Below, piece by piece: positions 34,285 through 43,347 of a stretch of DNA of 64,000 nucleotides. The notes below the pieces were generated by a model. It was not told where the DNA came from. It did no database searches and was given only the letters and a program-made list of their open reading frames with translations. This DNA is from a virus: positions 1-64,000 of IMG/VR virus record IMGVR_UViG_3300012944_000002. One strand, given 5' to 3'. Positions within the stretch are counted from its first letter, which is position 1, and every line of letters begins with the position of its first letter. The translations under genes were made by a program, and so were the position numbers.

Positions 34285-34607
34285 AGCGCACCGAATCATC
34301 GACGATCACCACGCGGCACCGGCTTGAGCCCGGCTGCCGGATCGCGCTCGACGGCGAAGACCTCCTCTGGGTCATCGCCACCACGGCCACCGGCAGGTAT
34401 TACACGTCCACGGTCCGCCGCACCCCGACCCTGCGCATCCGTGCCCGACAGGTTTGGGCGCGACTCACCCGTCCGTACCGAGCGTGGTGGCAGAGCCGCT
34501 GCCGTCCCAGCGACGACCGGCGCACCGTCTGCCCGCGCCGCGAGACGTACAACGGGCGCTGCGACCGGCACACCCTCTGGGCCATCGAGGAGGGCGAGGA
34601 GCTGTGA
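34281..34607 (+). CDS. hypothetical protein
   Basis: Track ORF 34281..34607 (GTGA overlap). Confidence 0.5.
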   Translation: MKRTESSTITTRHRLEPGCRIALDGEDLLWVIATTATGRYYTSTVRRTPTLRIRARQVWARLTRPYRAWWQSRCRPSDDRRTVCPRRETYNGRCDRHTLWAIEEGEEL

Positions 34608-34990
34608 CGGCCGTTGACACGCGCGCGGAGTCCTGGGCTGCGCATATCGCCCACCAGCACTGGTGCTGCTGGGTCGTCGGCGACGACCCGTGCGGGTTGT
34701 GGTGCGGCCACGACGGCGAGCACCTGCCCTACGCGCCCGGCGACTACCTGTCGGCGCCCATCGTGGACCCGATCGCCATGTGGCGACTGCGCGACTTTCG
34801 AGTCCCGGCCGCTTTGAAGCGCTGCCCCATCTGCGGAAGCGCAGGGGACCGGTGGGGCTTCGGTTTGGGCATCGACTGCTCCACCGGACTCATCTCCCGG
34901 CAGGTCGGCGACGAGATCCACCTGTCGACCGAAGCCATCTGGCGGTTCTGGCCGTGCGGCTGCGAAGGCCGCGAGATCCTGCCGGACTGA
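34604..34990 (+). CDS. hypothetical Cys/Trp-rich protein
   Basis: Tail of track ORF 34454..34990 from GTG 34604 (GTGA overlap). Contains HWCCWVVGDDPCGLWCGHDGEH and CPICGS. Confidence 0.55.
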   Translation: MTAVDTRAESWAAHIAHQHWCCWVVGDDPCGLWCGHDGEHLPYAPGDYLSAPIVDPIAMWRLRDFRVPAALKRCPICGSAGDRWGFGLGIDCSTGLISRQVGDEIHLSTEAIWRFWPCGCEGREILPD

Positions 34991-35053
34991 CGCCTCCGGG
35001 CACTGTCGGGCGGACCCCGCACAATGGGGCCAGCCGCACACCTGGGAGCGAAC

Positions 35054-35215
35054 ATGACCGACAACCCTCAGCCCCCGCTCACCGAACTCGCCGCTGAAGC
35101 CGCCCTGCACCACGAGATGTTCAACGCCTGGACCGAGGCGGGATTCACCGAGGGGCAGGCCATCAAGCTCCTCGCCGCGATCGTCACGGCTAACGCGACT
35201 GGCGGTGCGAAGTGA
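35054..35215 (+). CDS. hypothetical small protein
   Basis: Internal ATG 35054 of track ORF 35024..35215, after TGGGAG. Confidence 0.5.
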   Translation: MTDNPQPPLTELAAEAALHHEMFNAWTEAGFTEGQAIKLLAAIVTANATGGAK

Positions 35216-35934
35216 TCGCGCCGACCGCCTGCCCTGGCCGCTGCAACACCGCGTACCGCCGCGCCGAGAAGGACCGCACCACTCTCGGCACCCTGCACGA
35301 CCTCAGCCCCCGGTGGGGCGCCCCTCTGCACTGCGAGCCCTGCGCAGTCCGGGCCCGCCAGCAGTTGGCCGAACTGCCCGAGTTGGTCGCGGCGATCTGG
35401 CTGGAGGCCGCCCACGGCTCGCGGGGCCCGAAGGTCGGCACCATCGGCCGGTCGGCGGCCACGCACGCATCGTGGCCCGGACAGGCGTCCCGGCTCCTCA
35501 CGGACCTCATCGTGGGCGGGATGCTGGAACTGGAGGACGACATCCGGGAGTTGTGCCGGCTCCGCATCCGGCCGGGCCGCGGCATCGAGGGCCACGACGT
35601 CACAGGGGCCGTGCAGTTCCTCGGCGTGCACCTGGACTGGGCGCTGATCTCCCACCCTGCCGCGAACGAGATCCACGAGCGGGACAGCGCCAACCCCGCC
35701 TCGCAGATCGGCGGCTGGCACCGGGCGGCACAGAGGTTCACCGCGCGAGACCCGCGGCTCGAACACCACCGCGTACCGTGCCCGCGCTGCCAGCTGCTGA
35801 CCCTGTTCCGGGCCGACGGGGACGACTACATCGAGTGCCGGAACACGGCCTGTGGGTCACTGCTGACCCCCGCCGAGTACCTGGACTACACGCGCGAAGT
35901 CGCCCGTGGATACCAAGGCGAAAGGGTCGCTTGA
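35212..35934 (+). CDS. hypothetical protein with terminal zinc-ribbon motifs
   Basis: Track ORF 35212..35934 (GTGA overlap). CPGRC...CEPC at the N-terminus and CPRC...CRNTAC at the C-terminus. Confidence 0.6.
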   Translation: MIAPTACPGRCNTAYRRAEKDRTTLGTLHDLSPRWGAPLHCEPCAVRARQQLAELPELVAAIWLEAAHGSRGPKVGTIGRSAATHASWPGQASRLLTDLIVGGMLELEDDIRELCRLRIRPGRGIEGHDVTGAVQFLGVHLDWALISHPAANEIHERDSANPASQIGGWHRAAQRFTARDPRLEHHRVPCPRCQLLTLFRADGDDYIECRNTACGSLLTPAEYLDYTREVARGYQGERVA

Positions 35935-35995
35935 CCTTTGATCGTCGGAACCGTAACGTTCTGGCCAGAGGCGTATGTCTCCAGCCAAAACGCAA

Positions 35996-36024
35996 GCCCC
36001 GAACTCGACCCGGTTCGGGGCTTT
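35996..36024 (+). terminator. rho-independent terminator
   Basis: GCCCCGAAC / GTTCGGGGC: 9-bp stem with an 8-nt loop, followed by TTTCC. Lies 60 nt after stop 35934. Confidence 0.65.
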
Positions 36025-36044
36025 CCGCATGCACGGAGGTGAAC

Positions 36045-36263
36045 ATGACCTCCATCGAGGGGAGTCTCCTCGACGCCGTCTGGTCGACCGCCGAAGCCGC
36101 CGAAGCGGTTGGCGTCGAACCGGGCGTCATCCGGATCTGGGCGCACCGGGGGCACCTCAAGCGCATCAACGGCAGCGGTCGTCCGCTCTACCGCGCGATG
36201 GACGTGCTCGCCGCCGAGAAGGCCACCCGCGAGCGCGCCCGCCGCGCCTACGCAGCCGCCTGA
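36045..36263 (+). CDS. excisionase-family (HTH_17) DNA-binding protein
   Basis: Tail of track ORF 35205..36263 from ATG 36045 after ACGGAGG. STAEAAEAVGVEPGVIRIWAHRGHLKRI. Confidence 0.65.
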   Translation: MTSIEGSLLDAVWSTAEAAEAVGVEPGVIRIWAHRGHLKRINGSGRPLYRAMDVLAAEKATRERARRAYAAA

Positions 36264-36326
36264 CCCCAACACGCCCCGCGCTGTCGTCGCCGGGGCCCGC
36301 AGGTGGTGCCTGAAGGCCGATCCTGC

Positions 36327-36358
36327 CCGCGCGGCCCGGCGAGGGCTGGGCCGCGCGG
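36327..36358. terminator. bidirectional GC hairpin between convergent genes
   Basis: CCGCGCGGCCC / GGGCCGCGCGG: perfect 11-bp stem with a 10-nt loop, between 36263 (+ stop) and 36362 (minus stop). Confidence 0.5.
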
Positions 36359-36361
36359 CAC

Positions 36362-36574
36362 TCACTCGTCTTCGTCGTCGTACAGAGCGCCGAAGCTGCG
36401 GTGGGCTACGAACTCGGCGTGGGCGAACATCGCCGCCATTTGCTCCGCCTGCTCTTCGGGCGTACCGGTCGGCTCCTCGGTCATGCCGCGCACCATGGCG
36501 TCGATGAGCTGGCCGCCAAGCCTCGTGTATGCCTTGCTGATCGACTCGCGGCGGCGGAACGGGTTCGGTCTCAT
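36362..36574 (-). CDS. hypothetical small acidic protein
   Basis: Same stop as track ORF 36362..36817 minus. ATG at 36574 is preferred because GC3 is high only downstream of it. No clear RBS. Confidence 0.45.
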   Translation of the reverse strand: MRPNPFRRRESISKAYTRLGGQLIDAMVRGMTEEPTGTPEEQAEQMAAMFAHAEFVAHRSFGALYDDEDE

Positions 36575-36662
36575 CCGGCCAGTATCGCCGCCCCCAACTC
36601 CCGCTGCTCCGCCACCGGCCCACGGAACCCGCGGGGCGGCGGGGAACTCGAACACCTCATCG

Positions 36663-36715
36663 CCTGCCGTTGATCGCGGCAGGTAGGCGGCCCCGGCGTT
36701 CCAGGCGCCGGGGCC
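36663..36715. promoter_or_regulatory. two hairpins in the divergent gap before gene 36738
   Basis: CCTGCCG / CGGCAGG at 36663-36683 and GGCCCCGGCG / CGCCGGGGCC at 36689-36715. Confidence 0.3.
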
Positions 36716-36737
36716 TCCGCACACCTGGAGGAACACC

Positions 36738-37163
36738 ATGGCCGACCAGCGGCAGACCCGGCAGCCCACCCCGGAAGAGGACATCCGCGTCCTGTACAAG
36801 CGCGTCGCCCGGCTCAACGATCAGGTCGCCGCCCTCCTCAACCCCGAGTGGGGTGCGAGCAACGGCATCCTGCCTGAAGGCCACCCGCTGCACCCGGACA
36901 CCATGAAGTCCGACGCCGCCGACCCGCAGAGCGAAGCGGACCCCGAGCGGCTGACCGCGACTACGGCACCGTGCACCGCTTCCTTCCGCGACGTGAGGGG
37001 CACCGTCCGGGCCTGCAACCAAGCGGCCGGACACTACGACGAGACCCGTGAACCCGCCTGGCCGACGCCGCTCGGACCACCCACACCCGGGGGCTTGCAC
37101 ACTGACGGCGAATCCATCTGGCACGACCGGGCCGACGGCGCCACCCCGCATCGGGGCGGGTGA
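36738..37163 (+). CDS. hypothetical protein
   Basis: Track ORF 36738..37163. RBS TGGAGGAA. Confidence 0.6.
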   Translation: MADQRQTRQPTPEEDIRVLYKRVARLNDQVAALLNPEWGASNGILPEGHPLHPDTMKSDAADPQSEADPERLTATTAPCTASFRDVRGTVRACNQAAGHYDETREPAWPTPLGPPTPGGLHTDGESIWHDRADGATPHRGG

Positions 37164-37351
37164 CTGTGCGCCTCACCATCGTCTCCGGCGACAAGCAGGT
37201 CCACGTCACCGTCAAGGGCAAGAGCCGCAAGAAGCTCGCGGCAGCCGAAGCGACCGCCCACCGACTTCTCGCCGCCACACCCGAACGCGACGCCAAGGCG
37301 TCCATCGGATTCAGCGCGGTCGCCGACACCGAACGCGACGGGGGGGCGTGA
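37160..37351 (+). CDS. hypothetical small protein
   Basis: Track ORF 37160..37351 (GTGA overlap). Confidence 0.5.
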   Translation: MTVRLTIVSGDKQVHVTVKGKSRKKLAAAEATAHRLLAATPERDAKASIGFSAVADTERDGGA

Positions 37352-37650
37352 TGAGCGTCGACCTGCATGTGTCCGAGGAACTGCTCAATGCCATCGGCGT
37401 CGACCGGTTCGAGGCGCATCTGAAGCTGTTCGATGCCACCGTCGTGGAGAGGGTCGATGCCGACCGCTACAGCGACAACCCTTTCACGGTCGTGTACCGC
37501 CTCGACGTTCCTGGAGCCCCGGAACGCGCGACCAGGATAGTGCCGATCTTCCAGAGCATCGGCGCGAGCCGCCGCGTGAGGCTGCAAAGCATTGAATGGA
37601 TCGACGCTGTCGGCCGCATCGTCGGACCTACGGAGGCCGCTGATGTCTGA
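37351..37650 (+). CDS. hypothetical protein
   Basis: Tail of track ORF 37048..37650 from ATG 37351 (TGATG overlap). Confidence 0.55.
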   Translation: MSVDLHVSEELLNAIGVDRFEAHLKLFDATVVERVDADRYSDNPFTVVYRLDVPGAPERATRIVPIFQSIGASRRVRLQSIEWIDAVGRIVGPTEAADV

Positions 37651-37939
37651 CGATCAGTCCGACCCGGCCCCCGCCATCACTCAGCCGGCCGCGTACTGCA
37701 CCGCGACTCCGCGCATCGGCGACCGCCTCACCGACGCCTGCCCGGACTGCGCCCACGCCACCGTGCTGCACATCGGCGTCGACCACTGCCCGGTGTGCGA
37801 ACTGGTCGACCTCAACCAGCGGGCGCGGGCGGAGACGCACCTGACGGTCAACGTCACCGACGCAGCGATCGACAAGGCCATTGAGCGCTACGAGCGCAAC
37901 AGGCGCGCCATCAACCGGACCGCCGCGTTCGGACGCTGA
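37643..37939 (+). CDS. hypothetical zinc-binding protein
   Basis: Tail of track ORF 37592..37939 from ATG 37643. Contains CPDCAH ... CPVCE. Confidence 0.55.
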   Translation: MSDDQSDPAPAITQPAAYCTATPRIGDRLTDACPDCAHATVLHIGVDHCPVCELVDLNQRARAETHLTVNVTDAAIDKAIERYERNRRAINRTAAFGR

Positions 37940-37951
37940 CGGGAGGCGACG

Positions 37952-38323
37952 GTGCCGCAACTCCCCAACCAGGTCAACTTCGCCACCGCCGCCGGGAGCG
38001 TGTGGCAGCAGACGTTCACCCTGACCGACGCGTCCGGCGTGGCGATCAACCTGACCGGGCTGACGTGGGAGTTCGTGATCCGGCCGAACGTCACCGACGC
38101 CACGGCGCCCGCGCTCGTACAGGTCACCACCACTGCCACCGCGCAAGGGCAGATCACCGTCGTGCCGCTCACCGGCACCGTGACCGTCACCCTCACTCCC
38201 GCCGCGACCGCGCTCCTCGGCCAGAACACCCGGCCGCACGCCCTCTGGTCCAACCCCGGCACCGCGACCGCGACCTGCTGGACCGAAGGCCGGTTCAACA
38301 CCGCGCTCGTCAGCCAGCCGTAG
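37952..38323 (+). CDS. hypothetical beta-rich (Ig-like?) protein
   Basis: Track ORF 37952..38323. Thr/Val/Ala-rich beta-strand-like sequence. Adjacent to the collagen-repeat gene. Confidence 0.55.
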   Translation: MPQLPNQVNFATAAGSVWQQTFTLTDASGVAINLTGLTWEFVIRPNVTDATAPALVQVTTTATAQGQITVVPLTGTVTVTLTPAATALLGQNTRPHALWSNPGTATATCWTEGRFNTALVSQP

Positions 38324-38331
38324 GGGGGACG

Positions 38332-39042
38332 ATGCCCGTCAACGTCAGCGTCCCGGCCACCGTGACCGTGGCAGCGGCCGGAACCCAGGGACCGCCGGGC
38401 GCCAACGGAGCGGCCGGAGCTACTGGTCCCGCCGGAACCAATGGGACGAACGGCGCCGCTGGAGCAACGGGGGCGGCCGGGCCAGCCGGTGCCACCGGCT
38501 CAACCGGTCCCGCAGGACCCACGGGCGCAACCGGGGCCACCGGCCCCCAGGGACCAGCCGGGCCCGGCGGCGGCGCACCAACCCCCTACGACGACCCGAT
38601 CGGCGCGGGCATCATCGTGCTGACCGCCGCCTCGGACTGGACGCAGGTGATCGGCTCCAACGGCGTGCACGTGCGGCGCGTCATTCCGGCTGCGGTCGGC
38701 AACCTCATGATGTGGTCGGCGTCGTTCCTCCGAACCGGGACCGTCTACGACCTCGACGCCAGGATCCTCAAGGGCGACGGCTCGGTATCGCGCTACATCA
38801 GCTCCGGAACCGCAACGGCCAACGACCAGGGCTACGCCCCCTGGTACGGCCAGAGCGTCAGCTTTCCCGGCGCGGCCGGCGTCCGGTTCTTCACCGTGGG
38901 AGCCGACGAGATCGACGGCTCCGGAAACTGGACCATCGAGATGGTGTACCGCGGCCCGAGCATCTCCGGCACCGACAGCCGCCTGTACTTCGGAACGGGC
39001 TACGACGGGTACTGGACCGTCGCCAAATGGGCCGTGAGCTGA
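38332..39042 (+). CDS. collagen-like repeat protein with globular C-terminal domain (fibre-like)
   Basis: Tail of track ORF 38002..39042 from ATG 38332. About 21 uninterrupted G-X-Y triplets followed by a 150-aa non-repetitive domain. Confidence 0.75.
   Translation: MPVNVSVPATVTVAAAGTQGPPGANGAAGATGPAGTNGTNGAAGATGAAGPAGATGSTGPAGPTGATGATGPQGPAGPGGGAPTPYDDPIGAGIIVLTAASDWTQVIGSNGVHVRRVIPAAVGNLMMWSASFLRTGTVYDLDARILKGDGSVSRYISSGTATANDQGYAPWYGQSVSFPGAAGVRFFTVGADEIDGSGNWTIEMVYRGPSISGTDSRLYFGTGYDGYWTVAKWAVS
38380..38577 (+). repeat. coding G-X-Y (collagen) triplet repeat
   Basis: [63 protein letters not shown]. 9-nt periodic GGN-NNN-NNN DNA. Confidence 0.8.
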
Positions 39043-39052
39043 GGAGGCGACC

Positions 39053-39436
39053 GTGACCACCGAACCCGTAGCCCCCGACGGCCCGGCGTGCACCCTGTGC
39101 GGCGCCCCTGCGGTCGTCCACTGGCAGCGGCGCCTCACCCCCACCGAGGTGGGCGCGGCCCAAGCCATCGAGCAGGACCGCCGCGACCAGGCAGACCTCC
39201 TCGCCGACCCGCAGAAGCCCCCCGCGCTGTGGCCGCCGCTACCCGACTGCGCCGACTGGACCCGCATCGTCCACGGCTGCATGGTGCACGCCATCAGCCG
39301 GGACGCCGCCGCACTCGTACACCAGGCGACGTGCACCGCGCCCGGCGTTGGGCTGCCCGGATGCGACTGCGAGCCCGAAGCCGCGCCCGCCGACGAGCCT
39401 GAGCCGGTGGCGGCCGAGCTGCCGGCCGGCTGGTAG
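39053..39436 (+). CDS. hypothetical Cys-rich protein
   Basis: Track ORF 39053..39436. Contains CTLCG ... HGCMVH ... CDC. Confidence 0.55.
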   Translation: MTTEPVAPDGPACTLCGAPAVVHWQRRLTPTEVGAAQAIEQDRRDQADLLADPQKPPALWPPLPDCADWTRIVHGCMVHAISRDAAALVHQATCTAPGVGLPGCDCEPEAAPADEPEPVAAELPAGW

Positions 39437-39450
39437 GAGAGGAGGCGGCG

Positions 39451-39981
39451 ATGCCCACCAAAGCCCAATCGGTCGGCCCGACCAAAGCAGTCCGCGCCAC
39501 AGTCGCCGAACGCCGCACCAAACTCATCGACGCACGCCTCGAAGGGCGCCGCTTCGAAGACATCTGGCGCGAGCTCGGCTACAGCTCCCGCAGCCACGCC
39601 ACCAAGGACTTTCACCGCACCCTCGAAAAGCACATCGCCGAACAGTCCGCCAGTACGGAGGTGTACCGCGAAGCCGAGTTGATGCGGCTCGATGACGAGC
39701 TCGCTCGCCTCACCAAGCTTTACGCCAAGGTCGAACGCCTTGCGGCTAAGAACGGCGACACCCAGTACCTGCCCTACGTCGACCGGCTCCTGCGCATCGA
39801 GGACAACCGCCGGCGCGTCGCCGAGCGCCGCGCGAAGCTCCAAGGGCTCGATGCCCCGCTGCGAGCGGAGGTGCGGACCCTCAATGCCATCGACGAAGAG
39901 ATCGCCGATCTCACCAAGCAACTCGCCGCTCTTGACAGCGAAGATCGAGAGACTGCGGACCCTGAAGGGGCTGAGGACTGA
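39451..39981 (+). CDS. terS: terminase small subunit (putative)
   Basis: Track ORF 39451..39981. HTH-like N-terminus (RRFEDIWRELGYSSRSHATKDF) and a coiled-coil C-terminus. Lies immediately upstream of TerL. Confidence 0.65.
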   Translation: MPTKAQSVGPTKAVRATVAERRTKLIDARLEGRRFEDIWRELGYSSRSHATKDFHRTLEKHIAEQSASTEVYREAELMRLDDELARLTKLYAKVERLAAKNGDTQYLPYVDRLLRIEDNRRRVAERRAKLQGLDAPLRAEVRTLNAIDEEIADLTKQLAALDSEDRETADPEGAED

Positions 39982-40006
39982 GGTCAACCGGCGCCGCGGA
40001 GAACAG

Positions 40007-41485
40007 ATGCGCGGCATCGACGTGTTCGGGAAGCTCGAATATGTACCCACGCCGAAGCAGAGCATCTTTCACGAAGCCGCCGAGTTCGACGTGTTGTACG
40101 GCGGAAGCGCGGGCGGGGGCAAGACCAGGGCCCTCCTCATGGACGACCTGCTGGACTGCGTTCGCCACCCAGGCATCCGCATCGGAGCGTTCCGCCGAAC
40201 CTACGGCGAGCTGAAAGAGTCCCTGCTCGCCGAACTGGCGCAGGTCGGCTACGCGGGCGCCCTGGGTGCGTCCTGGAATGGCACTGAGTACGAACTGCGC
40301 TTCCCCAACGGCTCATTGCTGATGTTCCGCTACGCCGAGTCTGTGAAGGACGCGTCCCGCAGACAGGGCGGCCAGTACCAGAAGTTGACCTTCGACGAGC
40401 GGACTCTTACACCTCCGGACGTGTGCAGCTTCCTCGAATCCCGGCTTAGGTCCGGGCGCGCTGATATCCCAGTCCTCGGGATCCGGTCCGGCACCAACCC
40501 CGGCGGCGCTGGGCACGGCGCGGTCAAGACTCGATACATCAAGCCGACCAACTACGGCGAACGGACCGTCATCGACGAGCGCGGACGCACAGTGCGGTTC
40601 ATCCCGTCCAAGCTCGCCGACAACCCGCACGTCAACCCTGAGTACGCCCGCGACCTACAGGCGCTCGACGGGAAACTCCGTGCCGCATTCCTGGACGGTG
40701 ACTGGGACGTGTTTGCCGGCCAGATGTTCCCCGAAGTCAAGCGCGACCGACACGTCATCGACCCGATCACGCTGCCCGCATCGTGGAAGCGGTACAACGG
40801 CATCGACTGGGGCTTCACCAAGCCCTGGGCGGTGCTGTGGGCCGCTGTCGACGAAGACGGCCGCGTGTGGGTTTACCGGGAGCTGTACAAGACGCACGTG
40901 GGGGAGATCGACCAGGCTGAGCGGATCCTCGCCGCGGAAGCCGCGGACGAGCACGTCGCAGTCCGGTTCGCGGACGATGCCATGTGGGCTACCCGCGGTG
41001 ACGCCAAGCCGATCGCACAGGTGTACGCCGAGAATGGGGTCCACCTCACCCAGGCCGGGAAGGGCGCCGGGTCTCGGGTCACGGGCTGGCAGCGTGTTCG
41101 CTCCTACCTGGCCGAGGCTCCCGCATGCTCGCACCACCGCGCACACGGTTGGGACACCTGTCCTGGAATTCACGTGTTCAGCACGGTCACCGAGTTGTAC
41201 CGGGAGCTCACTGACCTGCCGCACGCCACCAAAGGCAACCCGGAAGACGCGGACACCACCGCAAGCGACCACGCGGTCGACGGTCTCCGCTACCTGCTGA
41301 CCAACATCGGTGGCGGCCCCGAGTTCCTGATGCTCGACGCCATCCCCGACGCGTCCGCTCTCCCGGTCGGTGAGCAGTTCGGCGGGGTGTACGCGGTACG
41401 GCCGGCCGAAAGCGCCGACGACTGGTGGAACCACGCAGACGACGATGACGGCCCGCGGCCCGGGGGGACGGTGATCGCCCCGTGA
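40007..41485 (+). CDS. terL: terminase large subunit
   Basis: Tail of track ORF 39692..41485 from ATG 40007 (GGAGAA upstream; an in-frame TTG at 39932 is an alternative start). Walker A YGGSAGGGKT, Walker B-like QKLTFDE. The C-terminal half was not examined for nuclease motifs. Confidence 0.85.
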   Translation: MRGIDVFGKLEYVPTPKQSIFHEAAEFDVLYGGSAGGGKTRALLMDDLLDCVRHPGIRIGAFRRTYGELKESLLAELAQVGYAGALGASWNGTEYELRFPNGSLLMFRYAESVKDASRRQGGQYQKLTFDERTLTPPDVCSFLESRLRSGRADIPVLGIRSGTNPGGAGHGAVKTRYIKPTNYGERTVIDERGRTVRFIPSKLADNPHVNPEYARDLQALDGKLRAAFLDGDWDVFAGQMFPEVKRDRHVIDPITLPASWKRYNGIDWGFTKPWAVLWAAVDEDGRVWVYRELYKTHVGEIDQAERILAAEAADEHVAVRFADDAMWATRGDAKPIAQVYAENGVHLTQAGKGAGSRVTGWQRVRSYLAEAPACSHHRAHGWDTCPGIHVFSTVTELYRELTDLPHATKGNPEDADTTASDHAVDGLRYLLTNIGGGPEFLMLDAIPDASALPVGEQFGGVYAVRPAESADDWWNHADDDDGPRPGGTVIAP

Positions 41486-43008
41486 GCATCCGGACCTGGT
41501 GGCAGGGCGTCACCGGCGGTGGTCGGGCGGAGATCGAAGAGAAGGCGTCGGCCACTCCGGCGACGCTGCCGCCGCGGACTGGTTTCGAGTACGGTATCGG
41601 CCAGTCGGGTCTGAACGAGTGGGACCAGGGCGTCGGCGCGGCTACCGGTTCGGACCGCCGCTCGATGCTCTCGCAGCTCAACGAGGCGTACCTGGCCTGC
41701 CCGTGGGCGTGGGCGTGCGTCAACGCCATCGCCCGGACCATCACCGCGGGCGGTCTGGAGATGGAGTGGGACCCGGCCGACGGTGAGGAGCGGGAGCAGC
41801 CGCCTAAGCCTGCCGAGGTGCTGGCGCTGGAGCGGATGCTCGCGTACTGCAATCCGACCGAGTCCATCGTCAAGATTCTGCGCGGTGTCATCGCCGACCT
41901 GCAGGTCTTTGGTGACGCCTACCTCGAAGTGGTGTGGGTCGGCGCACAGCCCGTCGCTTTGTACTCGCTGGACTGCCCGTCGATGATGCCCGTCACCGAC
42001 CCGCATGGCGCGATCATCCGCTACGTGCAGCAGACCGACCACGGGCAGCGCGCCGAGTTCGAGCCCCGCGAGGTCATCCACATCTCGCTGGACTCGCCCC
42101 GGTCCTCGATCTTCGGCGTCTCCCCGACGCAGGCCGCACTGCTGCCCATCACCGGCTACCTGTTCGGCGCGGCCACCCTCAAGGAGATCTTCCGCAAGGG
42201 CAACCCGCCATTGCTCCATGTGGACCTGCCGGCCGCGACGTCCGCTGGCGAGGGCAACAAGTGGGTTGCCCAGCACATGACCCGCAACGTTGGGCCGAAA
42301 AACATCGGCGTCCCGGTCATGACCAAGGGCGGCGCGACCGTCAACGAACTCGCGGCCAACCGGACCGTCGACTACATCAAGTACCTCGACCAGCGACGCG
42401 ACGAGATCCTTGCCTGCTACGGCGTACCCCCGGCAAAGGCTGGCGTCATCGAGTCCGGGAACCTCGGAGGCGGCACCGGCGAGGCGCAGGATCGCACGTT
42501 CCTCGTCAACACCTGCCAGCCGACCGCCGAACTGGTACTGGAGGCCCTGAACTGGCATCTCGCCCGACTCGGGTTCGGTATCGACGGCTGGCGGATCAAG
42601 TTCCGTGACGTCGACATGCGCGACTCCAAGACCGTCGAGGACATCCGCGACATGCGGATCCGCAACGGCATCTGGACGCTGGACCGCGCCCGCGCCGACG
42701 TTGGCGAACCCGCAGTTCCCGGTGGTGACGAGCCGGTGCTGATCGACCGGCAGAACCTCGTCCTCTGGTCGCACATGGCCGACATGTCCGCAGCCAACAT
42801 CGCATCCAAGGCGGCGAAGGCCGCACCCCTCGCCCCAGCCGATCATCCACCCCCCGAGGACCATTCAGCGGCCGACGCGGAACCCCCGGAGGCGGAGGCG
42901 CCCGACGAGCCCGAGCAGCCGGCCGAGTCCCACCGGCTCCTCTACCGGCGCCGACTTCGTGAGGCGCTGGCCACGCTGCCAGGAGGCGTCGATGAGCGAG
43001 CAGCCTGA
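41482..43008 (+). CDS. portal protein
   Basis: Track ORF 41482..43008 (GTGA overlap with terL). The size, the position and ACPWAWACVNAIARTI are typical of HK97-type portals. Confidence 0.8.
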   Translation: MSIRTWWQGVTGGGRAEIEEKASATPATLPPRTGFEYGIGQSGLNEWDQGVGAATGSDRRSMLSQLNEAYLACPWAWACVNAIARTITAGGLEMEWDPADGEEREQPPKPAEVLALERMLAYCNPTESIVKILRGVIADLQVFGDAYLEVVWVGAQPVALYSLDCPSMMPVTDPHGAIIRYVQQTDHGQRAEFEPREVIHISLDSPRSSIFGVSPTQAALLPITGYLFGAATLKEIFRKGNPPLLHVDLPAATSAGEGNKWVAQHMTRNVGPKNIGVPVMTKGGATVNELAANRTVDYIKYLDQRRDEILACYGVPPAKAGVIESGNLGGGTGEAQDRTFLVNTCQPTAELVLEALNWHLARLGFGIDGWRIKFRDVDMRDSKTVEDIRDMRIRNGIWTLDRARADVGEPAVPGGDEPVLIDRQNLVLWSHMADMSAANIASKAAKAAPLAPADHPPPEDHSAADAEPPEAEAPDEPEQPAESHRLLYRRRLREALATLPGGVDERAA

Positions 43009-43081
43009 ACCACCGCCCGAACCCCCGCACCCGCTGCGGGCCAAGGACGTGCTGCCGCTCATCAAGAAGAGGATCGGATGA
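42992..43081 (+). CDS. very small ORF (29 aa)
   Basis: ATG 42992 lies 5 nt after AGGAGG (42981-42986). The stop overlaps the next ATG (ATGA). Below the track cutoff. Confidence 0.4.
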   Translation: MSEQPEPPPEPPHPLRAKDVLPLIKKRIG

Positions 43082-43347
43082 GCGGCGGAAGCTACGACTA
43101 CCTCTACTTCAACGCTCCCGAGATGGGTGGCCACCGAGGGCAACTGGAAGCGATGGCTGAGCGTCTGGACCAGCTGCCCTACGCCAAGGAAGCCGCAGCG
43201 GCGACTCGCCGCATCCTCCTCGCGCTTGATGACGAGGCGCTCGCCGAGGTGTGGCATGCCGTCGAGTGGTGGGACTCGGGTGACTACGGCGAAGACCAGG
43301 TCCGATCGGCCACCAGCAAATACGCGGAGAAGACCAGCCGGGGGTGA
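43078..43347 (+). CDS. hypothetical protein
   Basis: Track ORF 43078..43347, coupled on both sides. Confidence 0.55.
   Translation: MSGGSYDYLYFNAPEMGGHRGQLEAMAERLDQLPYAKEAAAATRRILLALDDEALAEVWHAVEWWDSGDYGEDQVRSATSKYAEKTSRG

Noticed and set aside
17963-36737. tRNA genes in the larger intergenic gaps (17963-18141, 19595-19699, 20999-21109, 21632-21735, 22246-22409, 23160-23336, 30370-30558, 32253-32387, 36575-36737).
   Set aside because: No T-loop (GGTTCGAnnCC-type) or cloverleaf-compatible stems were seen. The hairpins present are simple terminator-like stems.
38380-38577. 9-nt periodic DNA repeat that could be mistaken for a tandem repeat or CRISPR-like array.
   Set aside because: It is the coding sequence of uninterrupted G-X-Y collagen triplets inside ORF 38332..39042. 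There are no spacers or conserved direct repeats.
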